Source: an uncultured Omnitrophica bacterium (lineage in GTDB: Bacteria > Omnitrophota > Gorgyraeia > JACQQV01). Taken from it: a stretch of 64,000 bases of DNA. Shown here piece by piece: positions 49,772 to 61,145 of the stretch (positions are counted from its first letter, which is position 1; the number at the start of each line of letters is the position of its first letter). Position numbers and translations under genes: made by a program. The stretch is taken from positions 6,498 to 70,497 of the forward strand of contig CAMTXH010000006.1 of NCBI GenBank assembly GCA_947085655.1, read 5' to 3'. The notes beneath the pieces are model-generated. The model had not been told where the DNA came from and ran no database searches. It was given only the letters and a program-made list of their open reading frames with translations.

Positions 49772-50821
49772 TTATTTTGTGAGTTTGCTGCGGATAATCA
49801 TGGCCCGCTTCACGTCCCGTTGGGATGCGGACAAGGTTTTGCCTTCCATCTTTTGGAGGTGCGCCGGCTGGGTCAGGATGAAGAGCTCGTTCAACAGTTT
49901 CCTGTCCAGATCCTGAATCAGTCCGAGGTCCACCCCCAATCGCACCATGGATAAAAGATCGGTCGTTTCGTTGCTGCTGATGATGTAAGCGCTCCGGAGC
50001 GTTCCGTAGGCGCGGAAAATCCGGTCCTGCAGTTCCAGTTTCCCCTGCGTCATCAACGACTTCCGGGCGTTCATCTCATAGTCGATAATCTGGCGGATGA
50101 CCCGCTCGATGGAATCGATAATCTCCGTCTCGGAATGCCCCAGTGTCACCTGATTGGAAATCTGGAAAAGATTTCCGCTCGCCTGCGTTCCCTCCCCGTA
50201 GAAACCGCGGACCGCAAGATGAAGTTTTGTAATCATGTTGACGATCTTGTCGATCTGTTTCGTCATAACCAGGGCCGGCAGATGCGACATCACCGAGGCC
50301 CGCATGCCGGTCCCGGTGTTGGTCGGACAGCAGGTCAAATGCCCCCATTCCGGTGAAAAGGCGTAGGAGAGAGACTCGCTTAAAGTGTCGTCTATCTTCT
50401 CCGCCACCCGCCAGACCTCCATCAGGTTAAAACCGGACTGAAGCACCTGGATCCGGAGATGGTCTTCTTCGTTGATCATGACGCTCACCGTCTCATTGGG
50501 GGTGAGGCAGACTCCTTTATGGTCGACATCCACCGCATGTTCCCGGCTGATCAGATGCCGTTCAATCAGAAATTGCTTGTCGATGGAGGAGAGCTCGCTC
50601 AGGCGGAGAAAAAGCGCTCCTTTCAGAAACGAAGATTGGGCCATTGCCTTTTTGACCTTTTCCATCACCTCCTGTTCCTGTTTCTCGTTGGCCCAGTGGG
50701 CGTACGGAACGTGATCCAGGTTCCGCGCCAGACGGACGCGGCTGGAGAGGACGATCTCGGACTGCGGTCCCGTTCCCTTCAGCCATTCGCTTGGTTGTCT
50801 GAGCAAGTCGTCGAGTTTCAC
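49772..50821 (-). CDS. mcsB: Protein arginine kinase McsB
   Basis: SSRVRLARN, NEEDHLRIQ, CPTNTGTG, QISNQ. Confidence 0.95.
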   Translation of the reverse strand: MKLDDLLRQPSEWLKGTGPQSEIVLSSRVRLARNLDHVPYAHWANEKQEQEVMEKVKKAMAQSSFLKGALFLRLSELSSIDKQFLIERHLISREHAVDVDHKGVCLTPNETVSVMINEEDHLRIQVLQSGFNLMEVWRVAEKIDDTLSESLSYAFSPEWGHLTCCPTNTGTGMRASVMSHLPALVMTKQIDKIVNMITKLHLAVRGFYGEGTQASGNLFQISNQVTLGHSETEIIDSIERVIRQIIDYEMNARKSLMTQGKLELQDRIFRAYGTLRSAYIISSNETTDLLSMVRLGVDLGLIQDLDRKLLNELFILTQPAHLQKMEGKTLSASQRDVKRAMIIRSKLTK

Positions 50822-51381
50822 GAAGGTTTCTCTTCCTCTTGACTTTGATTCTTTGATTTCTTTTCGAGGAGGCGGATTTTATCCCGGATCTTCACCGCTT
50901 CTTCGAACGCCTCATCCTGAATCGCCTTCTTCAGTTTTTCCTGTAAAATTTCCAACTCCCCCTTCGGTTTCTCTTTGACGGCGGCCGGCTTGGGCGGGGG
51001 GGCCGCTGTTTTGGGCACGGTCTTTCCGCCGGGTGTCTTTCCGACATGCTGTCCCGACCCCTGAATCCGCTTCAAAAGGCCCGTTAAACTCTTCCGAAAG
51101 GCCTGATAACAGTCGCTGCAACCTAGCCGCCCGATCCGCTTGAAATCGTCATGCGTCATCCCGCAGGTGGAACAGGCGACTTTGATCTCCGCCTCCTCAC
51201 CCAACTGCACCCCGAAATCGGCCAGCCCCGCCAGAAGATCGGAAAGGCCGAAATGCTGTTCCATCGAGGCGGACTTCTTCCGGGCGCACCCTTCGCAAAG
51301 GTGCAACTCTGTCATCTCCTCATCCACAATTTCGGTCAGATGAACCGTCGCCTGACTGGTCTTGCAGACATCACATAACAT
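50818..51381 (-). CDS. mcsA: McsA (Zn-finger/UVR protein)
   Basis: Four CxxC pairs, GRLGCSDCY, H.GK.P, C-terminal UVR. Confidence 0.94.
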   Translation of the reverse strand: MLCDVCKTSQATVHLTEIVDEEMTELHLCEGCARKKSASMEQHFGLSDLLAGLADFGVQLGEEAEIKVACSTCGMTHDDFKRIGRLGCSDCYQAFRKSLTGLLKRIQGSGQHVGKTPGGKTVPKTAAPPPKPAAVKEKPKGELEILQEKLKKAIQDEAFEEAVKIRDKIRLLEKKSKNQSQEEEKPS

Positions 51382-51390
51382 TTTAATCCC

Positions 51391-52275
51391 TCAAAGCCGG
51401 TACCGGACCCCGTCGGTCCGGGTGAGCTTCCGGAATTCCCGCATGATCCGGAGGGTCAAGGGGCCCGGCTTTCCTTCTCCGATGACCCGGCCGTCCACCC
51501 GGACCACCGGAATCACCTCTGCCGCGGTTCCGGTCAGAAAAACCTCCTCCGCATTGAACACATTATGCCGTGTCATCACTTCCTCCCGAATCGGAATCCG
51601 CTCCCGTCTGGCAATCGTGATGACGGCAAGCCGCGTGATCCCTTTTAGTGCGCCCACATAGGGAGGGGGCGTCAACAATTCCCCGTTTTTGGCGATGAAG
51701 ATGTTGTCGCCGGTGCATTCGGCCACGTAGCCGGCCTGATTCATCATAATCGCCTCTTCCTTTCCCGCATTCGTCGCCTCAATCTTGGCGAGGATGTTGT
51801 TCAGGTAATTCAGGGATTTCAGTTGCGGGTCCACGGCGCTCGGAAGATTCCTCTGCGTCGGAACGGTGATAATTTCAAGTCCCTGCCGGTACAGTTTCTT
51901 CGGGTAAAGGACGATCCGGTCCGTGATGATAAAAAGCGTCGGACGGCCGCATTTTCTCGGATCCAATCCGAGATCCCCTTCCCCCCGCGTCACCACAAGC
52001 CGGATATACGCATCCTTGAGACGATTCGCCTTCAACGTCTCAATGACGGCACGGGTCATCTCCTTCCGGGAAAGAGGGATCTTCAGCATCAGCGTTTTCG
52101 CCGACTCGAAGAGCCGATCCAGGTGCTCCTCCAGTTTGAAAATCAGTCCGTCGTAAGAACGGATCCCCTCAAAGACCCCGTCTCCGTACAAAAGACCATG
52201 GTCAAAGACGGAGATCTTAGCGGCCTGCCGGTCCAGCAACTTCCCGTCGAGATACACCTTCAAATTATTTTTCAT
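51391..52275 (-). CDS. ilvE: Branched-chain amino acid aminotransferase
   Basis: DHGLLYGDGVFEG, KSLNY, ECTGDNIF, LKGITR, GTAAE. Confidence 0.95.
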   Translation of the reverse strand: MKNNLKVYLDGKLLDRQAAKISVFDHGLLYGDGVFEGIRSYDGLIFKLEEHLDRLFESAKTLMLKIPLSRKEMTRAVIETLKANRLKDAYIRLVVTRGEGDLGLDPRKCGRPTLFIITDRIVLYPKKLYRQGLEIITVPTQRNLPSAVDPQLKSLNYLNNILAKIEATNAGKEEAIMMNQAGYVAECTGDNIFIAKNGELLTPPPYVGALKGITRLAVITIARRERIPIREEVMTRHNVFNAEEVFLTGTAAEVIPVVRVDGRVIGEGKPGPLTLRIMREFRKLTRTDGVRYRL

Positions 52276-52997
52276 ACACGCTCCTCAAGCTGTCCATCCC
52301 GGATGCGGAAAAGGATCGATGCTGCCTGGGCCACCGCCTCCGCATGGGTCACGATTAAAAATGTCATCTGTTCCGTTTGATTCAAGGAGGTCATCAACTC
52401 GAGAATCGCTTCCCCTGTCTTCGAATCCAGATTCCCAGTCGGTTCATCGCAAAGGACCAGTTCCGGGCGGTTCATCAGAGCCCGCGCAATCGCAACCCGC
52501 TGCTGTTCTCCGCCGGAAAGGGCCGCCGGCCGGTGACGCAGGCGTTCCCCGAGGCCAAGTTTGACAAGCCATTCCTCCGCCTCGCGCCGGAGGGAACGAA
52601 ACGGGACCTTCGCGTCACGAATCTTCGCCGGAAGCATGACATTTTCAAGCGCCGTCAATTCCGGAAGGAGATGGTAAAATTGAAAAATAAAACCGATTTT
52701 TTCGTTCCGGAACCGGCAACGCTTCTCCTCCGAAAGCCGGTACAAATCCTTCCCCTGGAAAAGAACCTCTCCCGCCGTCGGCTTCTGAAGTCCTCCCAAA
52801 ATATGCAACAGGGTCGATTTCCCCGCTCCGGAGGCACCGACGATGCTGACAATCTTTCCCCGCGGGATTTGAAGATCGATTCCGCGCAGGACCTGGAGAT
52901 CTCTCCCTCCCTCCCGGTACAGGTGGCGGAGTCCTCTTGTTTCCAGAAGAAGTTCCACCGCTTCCTTTGTCTGAGGTTCCTTCAGCGCCGCCAACAT
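52272..52997 (-). CDS. lolD: Lipoprotein-releasing ABC ATPase
   Basis: [30 protein letters not shown]. Confidence 0.9.
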   Translation of the reverse strand: MLAALKEPQTKEAVELLLETRGLRHLYREGGRDLQVLRGIDLQIPRGKIVSIVGASGAGKSTLLHILGGLQKPTAGEVLFQGKDLYRLSEEKRCRFRNEKIGFIFQFYHLLPELTALENVMLPAKIRDAKVPFRSLRREAEEWLVKLGLGERLRHRPAALSGGEQQRVAIARALMNRPELVLCDEPTGNLDSKTGEAILELMTSLNQTEQMTFLIVTHAEAVAQAASILFRIRDGQLEERV

Positions 52998-53000
52998 CGC

Positions 53001-54179
53001 TTACTCATAGCGAAGGGCCTCGACCGGATCGAGCCGGGACGCCCTCCAAGCCGGGTAAAGGGTGGCCAATCCGCTGATCAAGACCGCCGCCAAAACAATC
53101 GCCAGCGAATCGAGCCACTGAATATCCACCGGCAGATATTCGATGTAATAGATGTCCTGCGGCAGACGGATAAAAGGATACCGCTTTAAAAAAAGACAGA
53201 GTCCCAACCCGGCGCCCGTCCCCAGGAGCGTCCCCGCCACACCGATGAGAAATCCCTGCAACGAGAAAATCAGCCGGATGGAGCGGTTCGAACTGCCGAG
53301 TGCTTTCAAAATCCCGATGTCCCGGGTTTTTTCCGTCACCATGACGATCAGAGAACCGGCGATGTTGAAACAGGCCACGCAGATGATCAGGGTTAAAATG
53401 ACAAACATGGCGATCTTCTCAAGGGCCAAAGCCCCGAAGAGGTTCCGGTTCATCTCAATCCAGGTGGTCACCCGGAAACCGGGACCCAAAAGGGCCTCCG
53501 CCTTCTTTTTCGCTTCCTCCGCCCGGTGCATGTTCCGCAGCCGCACCCCGATGCCGCCGACCGCTTCCTGCAATCCGAAAAGATGCTGGGCATCCTCCAG
53601 CCGGACAAAAACAAGGTTCAGGTCATAGTCATACATCCCGGAATGGAAAATGCCGCCGACCCGGAACGGTTCGCCCCGCTTGCGGGCGGGGGAAATCACT
53701 TCGAGTTTCTCACCGATACGGAGGTCCAGTTTGCGCGCCAGCTCCCTTCCGATCAGAATCTCCCTTTCGGCCAGATGAAAAGAGCCCTCGATGATGCCCT
53801 GATGGGTCCGGGTCACGGTTTGCTCAAGGTCCGGATCGATGCCACGGAGAAGAACTCCGTGCACCAGGTCATCTACGGAAAGCATCGCCTGACCGTGAAG
53901 AAAGGGGGCGCTTCCCGTAATTTCTTCCACCTGGGCGAGCCGACTCATCACCGCCTCCGGCTCGCTGATCCCTCCGGGAGATTCGATAAAAAGATGGGGA
54001 TGAGAGCCGGTGATTTTTTCTTTCAGATCCCGGTCGAACCCGCTCATCACGGCAATCACGACGATGAGAGCCATCACCCCCACCGCCACGCCAAGGGTTG
54101 AAATCAGCGTGGTCACCGAAAAATAGGAATCCTTCTGTCGGAACAGATACCGCAACCCCACAAACAGTTCTAACCGCAT
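53001..54179 (-). CDS. lolC: Lipoprotein-releasing permease LolC/E
   Basis: GVAVGVMALIVVIAVMSGF, EK..MF, IGILKALG, YPAWRA; lysS-lolCE-lolD synteny. Confidence 0.9.
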   Translation of the reverse strand: MRLELFVGLRYLFRQKDSYFSVTTLISTLGVAVGVMALIVVIAVMSGFDRDLKEKITGSHPHLFIESPGGISEPEAVMSRLAQVEEITGSAPFLHGQAMLSVDDLVHGVLLRGIDPDLEQTVTRTHQGIIEGSFHLAEREILIGRELARKLDLRIGEKLEVISPARKRGEPFRVGGIFHSGMYDYDLNLVFVRLEDAQHLFGLQEAVGGIGVRLRNMHRAEEAKKKAEALLGPGFRVTTWIEMNRNLFGALALEKIAMFVILTLIICVACFNIAGSLIVMVTEKTRDIGILKALGSSNRSIRLIFSLQGFLIGVAGTLLGTGAGLGLCLFLKRYPFIRLPQDIYYIEYLPVDIQWLDSLAIVLAAVLISGLATLYPAWRASRLDPVEALRYE

Positions 54180-54181
54180 CC

Positions 54182-55639
54182 CTATTTCTCCGGTTTCAGC
54201 TGCGGGAAAAGGATGACTTCCCGGATTGAACGCTGATTGGCAAACAACATGGTGAGTCGGTCGATCCCGACCCCGAGTCCCGCCGCAGGCGGCATGCCGT
54301 ACTCCAGGGCCTTCACAAAGTCTCCATCAATTTTAGATGCATCTCCGTCCGCTTGTGTTTCAAAGCGTTTCATCTGCTCAACCGGATCATTCAGCTCGGA
54401 ATAACCGTTGGCCACTTCCATGCCGCCGACGAAAAGCTCAAACCGTTCCGCAACGTCCGGATTTTCCTTTTTGCTCTTTGCAAGAGGTGAAATGGCTGTG
54501 TAATAATCGATCACAAAGACTGGTTTATCCGCATGAGGAGCGACTAAATCTGAAACTAAATTTACAATTTGAGAACGGGTCAAATTTTCCTTTAATTCTA
54601 AATGGGCTGATTCTTTTCGCTTTTTTAACTTTTGAATCATTTCTTTTTCGGAATCCCCGGGATCAATATCAAAAATGTCTTTTAACTCTTTTGTAAAAGA
54701 AAAACGTCTCCAGGGGGGCGCAAAATCGATCTCTGGAAGATTGCCAAATTTGACCTTCGTCGTGCCCAGTAATCCCTCAACCAATGTCGCGATCATCTCC
54801 TCCATAAAAATCATCATATCTTCGTAATTCCAATACGCCGCGTAGGCCTCCAGCATCGTGAATTCAGGATTATGCTGCGCGGAAATCCCCTCGTTCCGGA
54901 AACTTTTCGCAATCTCATACACCTTTTCAAATCCGCCGACGAGGAGTTTCTTCAGGTATAACTCCGGGGCGAGCCGGAGGTAAAGCTCCATATCGAGGGT
55001 CTTGTGGTGCGTTTTAAAAGGGTCTCCCGCCGCCCCGCCGGGGATCGGATGCATCATCGGCGTCTCCACCTCCAGAAATCCCTTTTTGTCCAGGAAATGC
55101 CTCATCTTCTGAATCAGGCGGCTCCTCAGCACAAAGACGGAGCGGACCTCTTCGCTCATGAGGAGATCCACATAACGCTGCCGGATGCGTGTCTCCACGT
55201 CTTTGAGTCCGTGCCACTTCTCCGGAAGCGGTCTTAAATTTTTGGAGAGAAGCTCGAGCCGCTCAACCCGGACGCTCGGTTCTCCGGTCTTGGTCTTGAA
55301 AAGGGACCCCTCCGCGCCGACAATATCCCCGATGTCCAGTTTTTCAAAGAACGCAAATGCCTCTCCGCCGACAGTCTCCTCCTTGATATAAAGTTGGAGC
55401 TTGCCTGTCTGGTCGCGGAGATCGGCAAATCCTGTCTTGCCGTGCCGCCGAAGAGCCATGAGACGCCCGGCGACCTTCACCTTTTTTCCCTCTTCAAAGG
55501 CGGAGACGATTTCGCTCAGAGAACCGCTCCGCTCAAAACGTCCCCCGTAGGGAACAACCGGTTTCTCATACAAACGGAGTCCCTTAAAGGAGGCGAGCTT
55601 CTTTAATCTTTCCTGATAAAGGGTGTTCGTCTCATCCAT
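54182..55639 (-). CDS. lysS: Lysyl-tRNA synthetase class II
   Basis: LPEKWHGL, RQRY, EVETP, FRNEG, HNPEF, YGMPP, GIDR. Confidence 0.97.
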   Translation of the reverse strand: MDETNTLYQERLKKLASFKGLRLYEKPVVPYGGRFERSGSLSEIVSAFEEGKKVKVAGRLMALRRHGKTGFADLRDQTGKLQLYIKEETVGGEAFAFFEKLDIGDIVGAEGSLFKTKTGEPSVRVERLELLSKNLRPLPEKWHGLKDVETRIRQRYVDLLMSEEVRSVFVLRSRLIQKMRHFLDKKGFLEVETPMMHPIPGGAAGDPFKTHHKTLDMELYLRLAPELYLKKLLVGGFEKVYEIAKSFRNEGISAQHNPEFTMLEAYAAYWNYEDMMIFMEEMIATLVEGLLGTTKVKFGNLPEIDFAPPWRRFSFTKELKDIFDIDPGDSEKEMIQKLKKRKESAHLELKENLTRSQIVNLVSDLVAPHADKPVFVIDYYTAISPLAKSKKENPDVAERFELFVGGMEVANGYSELNDPVEQMKRFETQADGDASKIDGDFVKALEYGMPPAAGLGVGIDRLTMLFANQRSIREVILFPQLKPEK

Positions 55640-55659
55640 AAGGCATACTAAATCAATCG

Positions 55660-55688
55660 ATTATAGCGCATCGGAAACATTCTGTCAA
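55660..55688 (-). promoter_or_regulatory. Consensus sigma70 promoter for the lysS operon
   Basis: Minus strand TTGACA-N17-TATAAT; the -10 box ends 20 nt before the lysS ATG. Confidence 0.85.
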
Positions 55689-55756
55689 TGCCGGCGTTTG
55701 GGGAGCCGGTTTTCGTTACCTCAAGCGGAGATTAGGGATAGGCGATTTGGATGGAC

Positions 55757-55830
55757 AAAAAAGGACGGTCTCCGGTAGATGATGACTGTCCTCGGATAAC
55801 GGGATTTGGAGGACAGGTGAGAGACCGTCC
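55757..55830 (-). terminator. Long terminator-like hairpin with T tract
   Basis: ggacggtctc/gagaccgtcc outer stem, ctgtcctc/gaggacag inner stem, T6 tail on the minus strand. Confidence 0.55.
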
Positions 55831-55947
55831 CTTATGGGCTAACGTAATCGAATTGTCATTCCGTTGCGAAGCGGCCGGCCTCCAGCGAAATTTTGGGGGT
55901 CCAAGGCTAAATTTCGCCCCGGGAGGCAGGCCGCCTGCACGGTATCA

Positions 55948-56472
55948 TCAAACATAGCGCATTCCTGAAATCTTTCTCGGTTTTTCCTTTACCGGTACCG
56001 GCGTTTCCTGTTCGACTTCCGGTTCGGGTTCCTCTTCAAATGTTTCCTCGGAACCGGCAGGATCATTCGGCAAAGGCAGAGCAGGACTTTCCGGTGCAAT
56101 GACCTCCTGTTCGCTCACAGGTGGACCGGCAGACTGAAGAACCCTTTCCCTGATTTGATGCTTTCCAGACCCTTCCGGACCAACGACGCTGAGAATAGCT
56201 TCTTTTGCATCTGAATCACCCGTAACGGCACCGACTCCTGCCATCTGAGCGTCGGGGTTTTCCGCCATGCTCCCTCCCCGTTCGAACGCCTGATAGATTT
56301 TGCGATCGATTGCAGAATCCTCATCATGAAAAGCGCCATCATGGTTGAACCCCCCTTTTTCTCCGGAACTCGGATTCGTGATTCCCTCGGGCTGCGAAAA
56401 CGGAAAATATGCCATAGCAGCCGCAAGGAATAAAAAAGTCATTTTGGAAACGCTGAACTTCATCCAATCCAC
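55948..56472 (-). CDS. Hypothetical exported acidic, Pro/Glu-rich protein downstream of the riboswitch
   Basis: GTG start with AGGAGG SD, N-terminal hydrophobic stretch, low-complexity C-terminus. Confidence 0.65.
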   Translation of the reverse strand: MDWMKFSVSKMTFLFLAAAMAYFPFSQPEGITNPSSGEKGGFNHDGAFHDEDSAIDRKIYQAFERGGSMAENPDAQMAGVGAVTGDSDAKEAILSVVGPEGSGKHQIRERVLQSAGPPVSEQEVIAPESPALPLPNDPAGSEETFEEEPEPEVEQETPVPVKEKPRKISGMRYV

Positions 56473-56493
56473 CCCTCCTTTTTTAGGGGAAAC

Positions 56494-56571
56494 AAAAAAG
56501 CTGCCGAAAAAAAATTCGCCCTTCGACCCCGCTCAGGGCGAATCCTGAGCTTTTCGAAGGGATTCGGCAGC
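56494..56571 (-). terminator. Riboswitch expression-platform terminator
   Basis: Minus strand gctgccgaa...ttcggcagc stem followed by T6; the 5' arm is the aptamer 3' end. Confidence 0.7.
56519..56561. repeat. REP-like palindrome CCCTTCGA..GCTCAGG/CCTGAGC..TCGAAGGG
   Basis: cccttcgaccccgctcagggcgaatcctgagcttttcgaaggg. Confidence 0.7.
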
Positions 56572-56716
56572 TCGGCGATCGTAAAAACGGTGTCTGGTGT
56601 TAGGTGTACGGTGTAAGGTTACATGCTACCTAACACCCTGCACCTGACACCCTTCACCGTTTTTGTAGACCCGTAACTTTGCGTCCTACCCTTTCGAGTA
56701 GTTTGCCTTTATCGTA
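56562..56716 (-). ncRNA. c-di-GMP-I (GEMM) riboswitch aptamer
   Basis: Minus strand AAAGGCAAACTACTCGAAAGGGTAGGACGCAAAGTTACGGGTCTA...GATCGCCGAGCTGCCGA matches the GEMM-I consensus (GNRA loop, GACGCAAA junction). Confidence 0.9.
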
Positions 56717-56790
56717 AATTCTTTTTTAAATCGTCAAAAATAGGCGCAAAAAAAATTCTGCGCCTTAAGAAACGCGCGCTCCTATTAGGA

Positions 56791-56818
56791 AGTATACCCT
56801 AAAAATGGCGAAAATCAA
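56791..56818 (-). promoter_or_regulatory. Candidate sigma70 promoter upstream of the riboswitch
   Basis: Minus strand TTGATT-N16-TATACT. Confidence 0.5.
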
Positions 56819-56873
56819 GATGGAGAAGCTAAATTATCGTCGGACATTGTCAAATTGTGCAATTGCACAAGAG

Positions 56874-58328
56874 TTACTTTCGGAAGGAGAAAGAGGATGT
56901 AAAGATTCCTGCCGCAGATAAAAGGAGACAGAGTCCTAAAAAAAGGCCGCTGTGGCGCGTATAAAATGTCTCTTTCCTAAATAGCGGCACCTCCCAGGTC
57001 CGCTGGCCGGTGATGAAAAGCGCTTCTCCCCCGAGTCGGAGATCCCGGACAATCCGTCCGGTCGGGTCAATCAGGCAGCTGTAGCCGGTATTGGCGGCGC
57101 GAAGAACGCTCCGGCGGTTCTCAATGGCGCGAAACGCGGAGGCCTGGGCATGCTGGAAAGGGGCGCCGCTTTTCCCGAACCAGGCGTCGTTCGTGATATT
57201 CACCAAAAAATCAGACTCCTTTGCAAAGCGGCGAACCAAATCCGGAAAGATGTCTTCAAAGCAGATGAGGACCGAAAAATTCCCCTTCGGATGCTGAAAA
57301 ATAGTGGCCTCGCTCCCAGGGTCAAAATCGCCTGTCACGATCCACTCCCGAAGAAACGGAAACAGGTCTTCAAAGGGAATAAATTCCCCGAAAGGGACAA
57401 GGTGGAGTTTGTCGTAACGTTTCAGGATTTCCCCTTTGTGAAAGAAGACGGCGCTATTATACGAGAGACGCCCTGCAGTCCACGGGGCTCCGACCAATAG
57501 AAAACCGCCTGTCTTTTTGTTCAGTCTCTCAAGCCGAAGAAGAAGCTCTTTTTCTTCCGGAAGGAAACCCGGCACCGCCGTCTCCGGCCAGACCACAAGA
57601 TCCGGATTTTGTGCGGAGGCGGTAAGGGTGAGCTGCTCATACTTTTCCATGATGCCATCCTGGAGAAGGGGATCCCACTTCAGATGCTGGGGGATGTTTC
57701 CCTGAATGACGGAAGCGCGAAGCGTTTTGCTCGGTTTTGAAAATTCATTCAGCCGGAAAAAGCCGTAAACCCATACCCCCAGGAAAAGACACACAAATAA
57801 AATGGAAGAAACAAGAACCTTCCTCTCCCCTCTCCGCCGGACCCATTGATAAAGAAGTGCATTGCCCCCCATCACGAGAAAGGAGACGCCGTAAGCGCCG
57901 GTCAGGTCTGCCACCTGAATCAAGGGAAGAAAGCGCCATTGGGAATAACCCAAAATGGGCCAACCAAACCCGGTGAATAAACTGCTCCGGAGCCATTCGA
58001 GCACCACCCATCCTGGTGGAAGAAAAAGAGGAAGCCACTGAGAAGGGCAGTACCTTGCCGCAATGCCAAAGAGTCCGAAATAGAGTGAAAGGTAGCCGAC
58101 AAGCACAAGGGTGCCGGGCCAGGTCACATGGTGAATCCATTGGAGAGTTCCCAAGAAAAAGAGAGTGCCGGTGAGGATGGCCAATCCGAACGCTTTTTTT
58201 AGGGAACATTCCTGAAGGGCAAGAAAAAAAGGTAAAAATGAAAACCAGGCGAAAATACCGATATTAAAGGGGGGATACGAAAAAACAAGGAGAAGAACCG
58301 AAAGGATCGAAAGGGAAACCCGTCTCAA
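56874..58328 (-). CDS. lnt: Apolipoprotein N-acyltransferase
   Basis: GFGW, QGNI, WPETA, YDKLHLVPFGE, ICFE, TNDAWFG, RAIE, ANTG. Confidence 0.95.
   Translation of the reverse strand: MRRVSLSILSVLLLVFSYPPFNIGIFAWFSFLPFFLALQECSLKKAFGLAILTGTLFFLGTLQWIHHVTWPGTLVLVGYLSLYFGLFGIAARYCPSQWLPLFLPPGWVVLEWLRSSLFTGFGWPILGYSQWRFLPLIQVADLTGAYGVSFLVMGGNALLYQWVRRRGERKVLVSSILFVCLFLGVWVYGFFRLNEFSKPSKTLRASVIQGNIPQHLKWDPLLQDGIMEKYEQLTLTASAQNPDLVVWPETAVPGFLPEEKELLLRLERLNKKTGGFLLVGAPWTAGRLSYNSAVFFHKGEILKRYDKLHLVPFGEFIPFEDLFPFLREWIVTGDFDPGSEATIFQHPKGNFSVLICFEDIFPDLVRRFAKESDFLVNITNDAWFGKSGAPFQHAQASAFRAIENRRSVLRAANTGYSCLIDPTGRIVRDLRLGGEALFITGQRTWEVPLFRKETFYTRHSGLFLGLCLLLSAAGIFTSSFSFRK

Positions 58329-61134
<2,806 letters not shown>

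Positions 61135-61145
<11 letters not shown>

Noticed and set aside
55690-55947. tRNA, SRP or 6S RNA
   Set aside because: No cloverleaf or T-loop, no SRP core motif, and two separate hairpins rather than one 6S-like rod.
56583-56664. Mini-CRISPR or iteron array
   Set aside because: Units are 7 nt, without spacers, arranged as an inverted hairpin inside the riboswitch.
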